A DNA stretch of 63,467 bases, filler included, from Vannella sp. (taxonomy: Eukaryota), in the NCBI GenBank assembly GCA_023345925.1. It is 7 parts of 7 records of this genome, joined end to end, with 100 filler letters (N's around TTAATTAATTAA, not from the genome) between each part and the next. Parts side by side here need not be neighbours in the genome. Positions count along the whole stretch, not along the records: positions 1 to 6,454 come from JAJQQN010001308.1; positions 6,555 to 17,553 come from JAJQQN010000222.1; 5 more parts are not named here. One strand, 5' to 3'. Shown in pieces: positions 1-10,547 of this stretch (positions within the stretch are counted from its first letter, which is position 1; each line of letters begins with the position of its first letter). The notes below the pieces were generated by a model. It was not told the origin of the DNA. It did no database searches and was given only the letters and a program-made list of their open reading frames with translations. The translations under genes were made by a program, and so were the position numbers.

Positions 1-74
1 AATAAAATGCCAAAACCATTCTTTGTTTGATTCTTTTTCAATTTATTTAATTTGGTTCATTTTACTCGTGCAGG

Positions 75-1065
75 ATGGGCGGAGCCATGGACCCGGTTTA
101 TGCTCCAGTGAACTTTCACCTGGACCCTCCATTGAGGCCTTGGCACAAAGCAATGTATCCTCTCCGGGGAGTGATGTACTTTGCCATGCATGGGAGTCTC
201 TGGAAGATCATCCTCATCCCTCTTCTCACGACGCTGTTTGCCTCCATGGTGGCGTTTATCCTCATCTTCACTTTAGCGCTGTACCCCCAAGTACTCTTCT
301 TCAAGGATCTCACAGGTGTCAGGTGGATCGCCTGGATTCTCGCCCTCCTCACCTGCTTCCTCGAGGTGCTCTTCGTCATCCTCCTCGTCGTGGTCATCTT
401 CTTCGAAGGAACACGCAAGCGGATCTTCAAGGCTGTCTTTGAGCTCGAAGGCGTTCAAATTCGTGAAGCAAGCAAGGACGCCACCGCCTACGACCTTGAA
501 GGGTCCATCGCCTCTTCGTTAGAGCGGAACTGTGCCTGTTGGCTTTGTGTCGACACGGCTTCTTGTGTTCAAGGATGCTTCCTTTGCTGCTGTATTGACC
601 GCAAGGACTGTGGATGGGAAATCACCATGACCTTCATCACCTTCGCTATCTTCCTCCTTTCCCTCCCCATCAACCTCATCCCTGGCTTTGGAACTCTCCT
701 CTACTGCATGTTGAATGGTACTCTGATGGCGTGGAGACTCCAATTGGGCTACTTTAAGAAGAAGGACCTGGCTCCAAGCATCTGCACGTACATTTTGAGG
801 CACCGTTGGAGTGAGTATTTGAGTTTCGGTACGGTTTGCCTCCTCTTGGACTTTATTCCCTTCTTGGATGTTCTCTTCATCTACACGAATATCATTGGTT
901 CTGGTACGATCACTTTCACTCTTCTCTGGCTCAGCTAACTTGTTTCTAGCACTGTGGATTGTGGAGATTGAGAAATCGGGAATGTATGACAATCTCACCT
1001 TCGCTGACGAAGGCCTCTTGGAGCAGAAGAGTATTTATGACTCTGGCTATCATATTCCCGAATAG
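75..1065 (+). CDS. EI24/CysZ-like multi-pass membrane protein; 31-nt intron 904-934
   Basis: ORF 75..938 has several TM helices and EI24-like 'LPINLIPGFG...YLSFGTVCLLLDFIPFL' segments. GT..AG intron 904-934 joins GS|ANLFLALW to the frame ending at 1065. Confidence 0.7.
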
Positions 1066-1096
1066 ATGGATGTTTCAGATACTCGAAGGAGCCACT

Positions 1097-3212
1097 TTAT
1101 TCCAGGCAAAGAATGGTGCTTTCCACCCTCAGGAGTGACTTGGTATCAAAGATGACCATTCGCACGTATTGCTTGAAGAAGGCCACTTCTTTGGGGTTCT
1201 CCATGTATCCTTCATAGTGCTCAAGCCCATCAAAGAGGTTGAGACTGAGGGAACTGTAGTTGGCTTTGATGATGTCGGCGACCATCCGTTCAGTCAATAC
1301 TGAGTTTTGGTGTTCCGCTTGCCAGTGATCCAAGTGAATAGAAAAGTGGCGTATGATGCTGGTGATGTTATCTTGCATCTGCACCAGCGTGTTGCAGGTT
1401 CGGGTGCTTTCTGCAATATTATGGAATTGAGTGAGGCTCTTGCTGTCGTGAATGATCGAATAGAACAGCTCGTCATAATCAGATGCATCCCCCAAGAATC
1501 CATCTCCGTACGTGATGAAGAGATTGATAATCGTTGTTATCTACGCAAGAAGTAAGCAGAAATCAATGCTGGCGGTGTTTGGAAACGAACCTCCGTTCCA
1601 ATTTGGACTACTTCAGGATGAGCAAACATTTCTGGAGAGGAAATGAACTTGATAACAAGAAACAGTGCGTCCCAGACGTTCCTCCAACGGTAGTTGATTT
1701 GGGAATTGACCTTTTTCTGGTAACAGACAACGCGTTGGATAATGTTCAGAGCTCTCCTACTGCGTGTTAGAGTCTAACTGTCTTGATGAACCTACTTACA
1801 TGTACAGTCCAAACTGCATCTTCTTCTTGAGGTTGGTTTTGAGGAAATAAGTGCAAAGGTCCAGTATCGTACAGATGACTGGTTGTTTCCCATTTGACTT
1901 GGCCCCTTCAAGAGGAGAGAGAACTCCACTGAATATCTCTGGATCATGCAGTAGATAGGCACAATCTTGGTCCTCTGTTAAGCATAGCAGAATAATCATG
2001 CACATCTTTGTATAGCAGGCTTGGTACAAATGATTGACTTCCGCAAAGATTCCTGCAGCAAACTGCAAAAGCAACCGCAGAAGAAGAGAGACTTCGCAAC
2101 CACCCTCCCTACGGTTCTGACGCCCGCAAATCATCCTCCTGAAAGGTGCGTTCTCGTGAACCCAATCGTAAAGGCAAAGCAGAAAGATACTCATTCCAGG
2201 GATGAGATAACTGGGCTTCTCTTCTGTGGGGGCGCTCCAGAAAGATACAAAAGTACTGAATCGCTCAAATAAAGAAGCAGGGTCAGAGATGGCTCCTTGG
2301 GACTTGAGCTGCTCCAATTGGTGTTCGAAAATGACCACAATGTCTTGAAGAAGCTCTTTGTCAGCTGCCTGGCGCATTGAATGAGAGTATGTGTTGATTT
2401 GCTCGAACTTTTGGAAGTAAGAGAGGAGGGAGAGGACCTGGAGCGCCTGGTATTGAGTGTCAAAGTCACGTTCTGACTTGACTTCCGTGTGGAGCAGCCG
2501 AGTTAGAGAGGTGAAGAGATCAGCCTGCATGAAGTACTCTAAGAGGATGTTTTGGTTCAGATTGTCCGTTGCTGTGACCACAATCGCAAGCAGATTCACC
2601 AGAGCGGACTTGACACTCCAGCACCCTTCAGGCTCTTCGAGAATGGTCTTCACCGTCCGGAGTAGAACCTGACGCACGCACAGACTTAGCCCACGCAAGG
2701 GTATGAGAAGAGACCCACTCACCCCGAAGAACTGATCCGCTTGGTTGATCCCAGAAAGCAAAGTGATCACGCTAAGGCCCATGTTCTTGAAGGACTTGCG
2801 GAACAGAGCCTTCAGGAAGACGCCAAACGTCTGAGAGTACTAGTGAGCCAGTGTCATGAGGCTTGACAGCAAGAAGACTTACTTCTATGCTGTAAGCGCG
2901 CCGTATGGGGCTGCGGTCTTGTAGAGCCAACAGAGCATGCTGGAAGAAGGTCTGCAACAGTGGACTCAGTTGAAGGAGACGATCTTCAGGTGTCAAAGCG
3001 ACAAGACTATCAAGAGCAGCAATGTTTGGCCGGAGGAGAAAGAGTTCGCCCCAAAAGCTCGCCTGGTTCACTGAAGGATCCTTCCCCTTGTCCTCTATCA
3101 GCCCACAGACACAACAAGAAGCTCCTTCGTAAGCTCCTACCTGAAACAGTAACTCATAGATGGCCACTACCTTCTCCTTCAGAGGAGGTCTGGCGTCGCC
3201 CTTCCGGACCAT
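1097..3212 (-). CDS. ARMH3: Armadillo-like helical domain protein 3 (C10orf76/DUF1741 family), multi-exon
   Basis: N-terminal 'PLKEKVVAIYE..FWGELFLL' and C-terminal 'YDELFYSII...IIKANYSSLSLNLFDGLEHYEGY' match ARMH3 conserved blocks; ORF pieces are joined by short introns. Confidence 0.85.
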
Positions 3213-3330
3213 CCCAAATGCAAATGAAAGGCCCCTCACCCTTCCCATTCCTATATCCCCTTCTGGTCGGATAGTGAATCGTCCCCCACGAAGGAGGGGA
3301 AGCTCTTAGACGAGGTCGGAGGAGAGACCA

Positions 3331-3358
3331 AAACCCTAAACCCTAAACTCTAAACCCT
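3331..3358. repeat. Interstitial telomere-like (AAACCCT)n tract / telo-box
   Basis: aaaccctaaaccctaaactctaaaccct: four 7-mers, one mismatch, about 120 bp upstream of the ARMH3 ATG. Confidence 0.75.
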
Positions 3359-3390
3359 CCTCTCAAGGTGGGAAGGAGTCTTGGGGAGCT

Positions 3391-3950
3391 TTACTGTGTT
3401 GGATCTTTCGGAGGGATAGGCAGTTGCGCCAGGGAATAGGCTTTGACCATTTTGGCTCGATACTCGGCAGCGTCAAGGACTGGTTCGGAGGAGAGTTGGT
3501 CCATGGGGATGACTCCTTGTAGGACCGCTTCAATCTTTTTCAGCTGAGTGATTTGGACTTTGGCATCAGCAATCAGTTCAGATTCGTCTCTATGGAGAGG
3601 ATGGAGATGAGTGGCGCTCAAGATCTTGATCTTGGAGTGGAAGTGACTTACGATTTGCGGGCCAGTTGGGTCAATATCATGTTCATACTTTGCACTGTCG
3701 CGCTGAGCTTTGTACTGATGAGTTCCATTCCATCCTGTTGAGATTTAGGGGCTTTGTGGCAGTTTGAAAGGAGCTAACGCACCGATTTCATTGCAATTCC
3801 CGAAGTCCCTCGACGAGCACTGAAGAATCCTTTGATAGTCCGTGATTCGGGGATTGGAGAAGACGGTCCTCTTCTCTTTGAGGTTAAACGACTCTTCTAG
3901 GACAATAAAGATATCACGCACCCTTTCTTTAAACGGGGTGATAGTGGCCT
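3391..3950 (-). CDS. Hypothetical spliced protein (separate small gene or 3' exons of the kinase)
   Basis: Terminal exon within ORF 3391..3621 is preceded by a gtaagt..catag intron. Upstream open segments read 'MELISTKLSATVQ' and 'KERVRDIFIVLEESFNL'. Exon structure uncertain. Confidence 0.35.
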
Positions 3951-5942
3951 AATCACTAATCCAGTGCTACTGGTTAAGGGAGTGGGAGCTGTACACGGGT
4001 TAAGTATTTGGATTAACCCATGGCCAAGCTTACATTTCACTCCACACACTTCTCCATCTCTATTACCAACCTCTTCGAAGTAAGAAATCCACCGGTTCAT
4101 GATATCTGGGTTTGCAGCTCGTAAGCAGATGCTGTCTCCCAGAGGTGCGTTCCAAAGGGAAACTTGAAAACAGTTCTCGAGTTCATCAGACGGTAGGCGT
4201 TGTACAACAGGCTGTTTGATGTCATAGACCTCCACAGGCTCCGCGGTTTGGTCAAAATTATACACAAAGAGAAAGCGATCCACCAAGGCAACGCATCTTT
4301 TTTTCCATTTGGTAGAACTAGAAGGGCGCACCATTAGAACTCCCTTCTCAGCGGTATCTGGAAGCTCATCAATATCTTTGAGACCATAAAATACACTTGC
4401 TAAGCTCTTCGCATCAAACTGGGCTTCTAATTGAGAGAACCGTTCGGTTGTTAAAACGTGTTTCTCTTTCATCTCAAGATACTCTTTCAAGAGCTTGTCA
4501 AGTTGCGCTCTGACAGAAGCGGCTCGAATCTATCATAATCCTTAGTCTCAGAAAGATGTATGGCTGGTCTTACCTCTTCTGCTGCTGCAAGATCGTGATA
4601 AGCGTGTGCTAGCGAAAGAGTGACTTCAAAATCCTCTTTGGTTTGCCGATCAATAGCAGCATCGTTTTGAATCCTTGGATTTGAAGAAGACTGCTGTGTT
4701 AAGTGTATCCTCATGTCTTCGGGAGAGGTAAATGTTCGCAGTCGCCCTTGCGGCGTTTTGGGCTTTAGGCGGCTATTTGGTGAAACCAATCCAGAAACCG
4801 AAGAGCGATCGGTTGGAGAAAAGGGGATTGCTTCAGCAGAAAACGGAGTCAAAAATTGAGGACGTTCTGATAGCACCCCCCGACGCTTTCTCCCTTGAAA
4901 TTCTGCTTTCTCCGTAGGTAACTCGAACTCCACCTCGATCTGAATAAGTGAGTAATGAACCAATTAATGCCAGGACTTATTCACCTCTAACTCCGCCCCT
5001 GTTATCCAGGGGTGCCGCAGGAGATCACTGGCGGAAGGGCGAAGACTGGGATCCCTCTGAAAGCATTTTCTGAGAAAGTGTTTGAGTGCCTTAGGCAGGA
5101 TTAGAAGTGTGTTGAAGTGATTAAAAGGATCTTACATCCGTAATCTCGTCTGGTAAGGGAACTCGAGACGATTCGTTTTCCTCCAGTAAGTTGTAAAGAA
5201 TTTGACCTTGAGACAATCCATGGTAGGGAGGTTTGCCAGTAAGCAGCTCAACTATTAGACATCCAACACTCCATATATCGCTGGTGCTAGTAATATCTCC
5301 AGTCCCTAGTAACTCAGGGGCCACTACACACAAAGTCAATATCAATCCAAGAGCGATGTCCTGAAGTGAGTTACGAACTCCAAGCCAAGGTTCCAACAGC
5401 CGAAACAGTCTTGTTATCTGCATTGATCTCTGCAGCCACCCCGAAATCAGCTAACTTGCAAATGCCCTCTTTGGTGATGAGGATGTTGGCGGCTTTGATA
5501 TCTCGGTGGAGAATCTGCAGCTGGTGAATGTAGTCCAATCCTTTGAGGATTTGAATGAGATAGCGCTTGGTCAGATCCTCTGAAAGCACTCCAAAGCGCC
5601 TGATAATGTCTTTCAGAGATCCGTTCTCAACGTACTCAAAGACGATGAAGGGCTTTCCCTGGTAGGTAGCATCACTGCATGTGACGTATTGTATGATGTT
5701 TGGGTGCTTGACTCTACGCAGAATGTCGATCTCTGATTGTATCTGAGCCATTTTGATGGACTGTGATTGCATCACCTTCACCGCAGCAAAGTGTCCTGTC
5801 GCACGGTTGAGGGCTTTGTACACTTTCCCAAAGCTCCCCTCTCCAAGAACTTCTCCGAGAAGCTGCGAAACAAACTGAGCAAAGGCCAAAGAACGACCCT
5901 GAAGAGACATACGTAACCGCCAAAGAGCTCCGGTTCCGACAT
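3897..5942 (-). CDS. STE-group (Cdc15/SepA-like) Ser/Thr kinase with coiled coil and C-terminal PH domain
   Basis: GEGSFGKV, AVK, HRDIKAAN, DFG, APE and DIWSVG motifs across exons; PH-like 'KWKKRCVAL..FLFVY...LRAAN...NRWI'. 3' end approximate. Confidence 0.85.
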
Positions 5943-6080
5943 CGCGCCAAAAAAGAAATAAAGCCTTGTCCTTGAAAAGAAATGCCCATTGAAACTATGA
6001 ACATTGAAAAGAACGTCAGAAATTATTTTTCATTAAATCCTAATTATCGAAATTTCCGAGGGGTTTTCGACCCCAAATTT

Positions 6081-6153
6081 GGTTCAATAGCTCAGTCGGT
6101 AGAGCGCGTGCTTCACACGCACGAGGTCCCGGGATCGAGCCCCGGTTGGATCA
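6081..6153 (+). tRNA. tRNA-Val (anticodon CAC)
   Basis: Cloverleaf: acceptor GGTTCAA/TTGGATC+A, D-arm GCTC-AGTCGGTA-GAGC, anticodon arm CGTGC-TTCACAC-GCACG, T-arm CCGGG-ATCGAGC-CCCGG. Confidence 0.93.
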
Positions 6154-6158
6154 GTTGC

Positions 6159-6163
6159 TTTTT
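6159..6163 (+). terminator. Pol III oligo-T terminator of the tRNA
   Basis: TTTTT run 5 nt after the tRNA discriminator base. Confidence 0.6.
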
Positions 6164-6169
6164 GGGTTG

Positions 6170-6454
6170 ATGAAAACAACCTTCACTCGCAGAGTGAAGA
6201 AGTCCGTCCGGATTGCGGAGCAGGAGGATCCATCACGCGATGGAGTACCGAGCGAACAGATTGACAGAACCCTTCCCATACCTGGAACTCGGATATCAGT
6301 CCTCACTGGACAATCGCACGTGAGCTGTGGCCATTCGTTCATTGATAGTGCGTGGGGAGGGGGTTTGGGGTTGGGACAGCTTGCCCTCATCCAAGAGGAC
6401 ATCAACTCGGCGTATTATCGGGTGCTTCTCTCCCTCTCTATCGCTCAAGGCCTT
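6170..6454 (+). CDS. ELP4: Elongator complex subunit 4 (5' part, cut by contig end)
   Basis: 'IPGTRISVLTGQSHVSCGHSFIDSAWGGGLGLGQLALIQED..YYRVLL' matches the ELP4/PAXNEB N-terminus. Confidence 0.8.
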
Positions 6455-6554
6455 NNNNNNNNNNNNNNNNNNNNNNNNNNNNNNNNNNNNNNNNNNNNTT
6501 AATTAATTAANNNNNNNNNNNNNNNNNNNNNNNNNNNNNNNNNNNNNNNNNNNN
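6455..6554. other. Artificial contig linker
   Basis: N44-TTAATTAATTAA-N44; the central 12-mer gives stops in all six frames. Confidence 0.97.
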
Positions 6555-7287
6555 AGTACACGTAGAAAGCCACAGCGCGTCGGTGACGGTTAGAATGGAG
6601 TGTAGCAATGACCAAATAGTCTAACTCTGTGGACTTGGCTCATCGAGCATAACAATGTCCTCTGCCTGCTCGTCCTCAACATCTCCATAAACTCGTCTGT
6701 TGTGAAGCCAAGCTGCAGGTTGCACAAATCCTTAAAGTTGCGTACTTTCTATACCCTTACTGATGAGTGGTACATCCTACGAGCCCACCCAAGGCTCTCA
6801 CACTGAGTTGTTCAGAGAAACGTTGAATGTTGAAGGCGGGTTCGGTCAAATCTATGTTCTCCTCGAGCTCTGCGAGCTCCTCATTGATCGTACGTTCACC
6901 TCCACCAATACGCTCAAGATCATAGTCTGGAGGAGCGTTGCCGTGGATGCGGTAGTGCTCCCGTTCGATCTCATCGACCTGCCTCATAATCTCGGGATTG
7001 CCGAGGTCTGAGTCGTCCTCGTAGCTCACAAACTGATCTGGTCGACGAGCACGGATGTGTTCTTCAAGATCCAGTCTCTTTGGGGCCTTCTTCGGCTTCC
7101 TAGGTGAAAAGATTGACTTGGGAGTGGGCTTGACGAGCTTCATCTTGCTCGCTCGCTTGATCTTGCCGTCGTGGCGGCCCCCCGGAGCATCCAAACTACT
7201 CATTGCCATACTGGCACTCTGAATATAGCCCAAAGCAGGCTTGCTAACCACTGTCCAGCTACTTGCACCAACACACCGCCGTAGCAT
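6555..7287 (-). CDS. Mitochondrial RsfS/Iojap (MALSU1-like) ribosome silencing factor, partial, apparent frameshift
   Basis: Arg/Ser-rich presequence 'MLRRCVGASSW'. Downstream 'EDEQAEDIVMLD' and 'AKSTELDYLVIATLHSNRHRRAVA' are RsfS-like but lie in different frames near 6640. Confidence 0.6.
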
Positions 7288-7388
7288 GTCTGATCAGGCT
7301 GCCACGGAAATGAATGAAATATTCGTAAAGAGAAAAAGAAGGGCTATTTCCAGGTCCTACTCTTATTCATTTATAAGCTTCCCTTGCG

Positions 7389-9960
7389 ATGGAGGCAACG
7401 GAAGCCGCTGAGGAGACAAGAGTCGCTCCCAAGGCTCCTGTTACCTTCCTAGACTCCCCTGCGAGCGCGAGAATGGGGACGCGCTTTGAAGAGAGTGTTT
7501 CGGAGGAGGTGAAGCAGAGTCTGACGCCTCAGGAGCTCAAACGCCAGGAGATTATTCACGAATTGATCACTACAGAGCGCCAATACGTCAATGACCTCAA
7601 GCTAGTGGTTCGAGTGGGTTCTGACTATCTCTTTTTCCAACGTACAGCGCCAACAGGCGTGCTGATGACGTGATACAGATGTTTATCATTCCCATCCGCT
7701 CTCAAGAGCTGATGACGAGGCAGCAGCTAGCTGTCGTCTTTGGGAACTTGGAGTCTCTCATACCCATCAATGAGACCATCCTCCTTGCCTTGGAGAACCG
7801 AAGGACCCGTTGTTCAGTGCGTCGGGGACATCTTCCTCAAGAGTGTACGTTCTACAGCCTCACAGCGGTTTCAAGAAGGCTTATGACATCCACAATGATG
7901 GGGCGTAGGTCAATCTCTTGAAGATCTACGCAGTGTACTGTTCCACCAACCGTTTCAGCACCCCTCGCTTGGCGGAGTGCAGATCGGCTAGTTCAGAGCT
8001 TAGGAAGTTCATTACTTGCACTAACAACAAGAAGAACCTTCGTGGGCTTCGTATTGAGGACTTTCTGATCCTCCCCATGCAGAGGCTCTGCAAGTATCCT
8101 CTCTTATTCAAGGTAGGCTCTTCTGGGACGCATTCTGAGTCCATTTCTGATCACAAAAGAGTAGAATCTATTGGAAGAGACGGATGAGACTCACTCTGAC
8201 TACCGGGATTGCTCAGAATCGTACGAAACGATTCGAGGGATTGTCGCGCAGATCAATCAGAGGACAAAGGAGGTCGAGAACGTAGAGAGACTCAATGAGA
8301 TACAAAGCACATACAGTCTAGCAGAGATTGGAGTTGATCTGGTGGACCGGGGCCGAGTGCCTTACCATGAAACACAATTACAAGTCAGTCGTGACAACAA
8401 GATCCTCGACGGGCAATGCGTGGCTATTCTTGTTAGCAACCAGCTTCTAGTCATTCACCAGTCAGAAGAAGGAGGGCCCTTTGCTCTCACTCTGCGCGCC
8501 CCTATTTCTCTTTTTAGTGCTTCACGAGTGATAGATGACCCTTGCGCCATCCAGATCGTACGTCTAGCCATATCAGTAGTAGCTCAAACTAACGTGGCAT
8601 AGGCGCACGGAAAGAACAATTATCATCTCCACTTTCTCTCGGAGAGCCAGAAGAGAGAATGGGAGGTTTCCATCAAGAAGCTTCGAGAAGAACATATTTC
8701 CCATACCAGTGTTGGTACAGGTGGGTCTTGTTCCGTTCAATTTATGAGAAGCTAATGAGAGTCGATTCAGATAAGATATCTGGAAAGAAGAGGCGAAGTT
8801 CCTTCTCCTCACGCCTGTTCGGAAGCATCTCGGCGCGTCCTTCCACTCCACTGAAGCGAGTTGGAACAGAATCTCTTTTTGCAGGTCCAGCGAACACTCA
8901 AGCACGAGCTGCCACGCCTGTTCAGGAGGTGGTGCAGGAGGGGGAGGAAGTTGTCACAAAGCCACGTCGAAATACCTTCCAAAGCTTGATTGGATCTCTT
9001 CCGAGCGCGTCCATGGGAAGCATCGTAGTGGCTAAATACAAAGCGCAAAGAGAGGTTCCTGCGCCTCAGGATGCGCCAGCTCCGGTAACTTGTCCTCAAA
9101 TGGACGAAATTCGGACTCAATTGGAAACAATGCCCGCTACGGAGCAAGTCAGCTTCCTGCTAAAACTTTTGGAGGATCAGTACAAAGAGAATGCGAGACT
9201 CTCCAAAGGAAACAAATCACTTTCAGTGCCTTCTTTAAACAAGTCTGATGCAGCGCTAAGTCGAAGGCCCCGGAGTCCTTTTCAAAAGTCACCGAGACCG
9301 CTTTCTAAGCTCCCTCAGATTACTCCGAGCTCAAAGAGCGAAGTAGACATCACTTCGGTCTCTCCTATTCCAGAATTGGAAGTCTCAAAGGACGAACCAG
9401 TTCAAGTTGTTGAAGTCTCGAAGGACGAACCAGTTCAAGTTGTTGGAGTCTCGAAGGACGAGCCAGTTCAAGTTGCTCCGGAACGTTCAGTCCTAATGGA
9501 TGTTCCAGCCCCTCTGAACACATCTAAGAGGATATATCGTGTGCGCAATAACGGTCAGCTTCCTTCTCCAGGTAATGTGAGGAAGCTAGCCATTCGCTTC
9601 ACAGTGGGGGACGAAATGGCGAGGCCTTCCGGTTCCCAGTCACTCTCTCAAATCAGCCGAAGAGGAGACTCTAAACTGGCCATGATTTCTTCTTTTGGCA
9701 CGGTGTCCTCACTCCAAAGACCTTTACCCCCTCAAGAGTCATCTTTCTTGGAGCTCCGAAAGGAGAATCAATTACTCCAAGAAGAACGCACCGCTCTGAA
9801 GCTTACTTTGATACGAGCCCAAGAGCTTATTGCAAAGGAAGAAGCTGGGCAAGCGAATGCATTGTTAAAACAGCACGAGAACATCCTTTCTCTGGTCGTC
9901 GCCAAAGATTTAGTCCGGCAACGCACCAAACTCTTCGAGGCACTTTGCACTCGCCCTTGA
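7389..9960 (+). CDS. Dbl-family RhoGEF (DH-PH) with low-complexity/coiled-coil tail; apparent frameshift near 7800
   Basis: 'KRQEIIHELITTERQYVNDL', 'VFGNLESL', 'FLILPMQRLCKYPLL', PH-like exons. Confidence 0.85.
9379..9477 (+). repeat. 33-bp coding tandem repeat x3 (xVSKDEPVQVV)
   Basis: Three near-identical gaagtctcaaaggacgaaccagttcaagttgtt units. Confidence 0.9.
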
Positions 9961-10212
9961 AGACCTTTGCCCTTCTTGAATGCCGACGTATTGCTTCCTA
10001 ATTTTGTTAACTTATTAAACCTTCTTTATCGAGCCGCTCTGGGTCACACTCGCTCCTAACGATCCCCCTCGAGCCACTGTCTCACGCAGAACCTCTCCAG
10101 TGGGCTTTAAGAGGTGAAGGTGATCACTGAGAACATCCTTCAGAAGGCTAAAGGCGCGTCTACTGGAGTATCCATCGCGAACTTCTCCATAACTCTTCAA
10201 ACTCGCCTCAGA

Positions 10213-10522
10213 TAAGCCACCTGCCAGGCTTCCCGTCAGTGGACCAAGTCCGGCAAACATCTGTTAAATATGCCTTGTCCAGTCGCAGATAGCTCTGGAG
10301 GGAAGAGGGTGCTGGAATAGTGAATTCCGGCAGCGTACATTGCGCCAAAAGTCCGACCATGGAGTAGTTCCTGCGGGAGAACCCACCAAGGGTTGACGAG
10401 GATAGAATAGCCTAACACTCGTATGATATATGCCATCATTGCTGAAGCAATCAACCAGACTTCTCCAAAGACAGAAAGGAATGCGCCACTGAAAAAGAAA
10501 AAAGTGAATCTCCGTTACAAGA
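10213..10522 (-). pseudogene. Internal fragment of an MFSD6-like MFS transporter, frameshifted, no 5' half
   Basis: 'TEI../FFFFSG..RVLGYSILVNPWWVLPQELLHGRTFG..ELSATGQGIFN/FAGLGPLTGSLAGG' is spread over different frames; similarity stops abruptly at both ends. Confidence 0.65.
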
Positions 10523-10547
10523 TGTCCGTTTATTCTCCTACTTTTGA

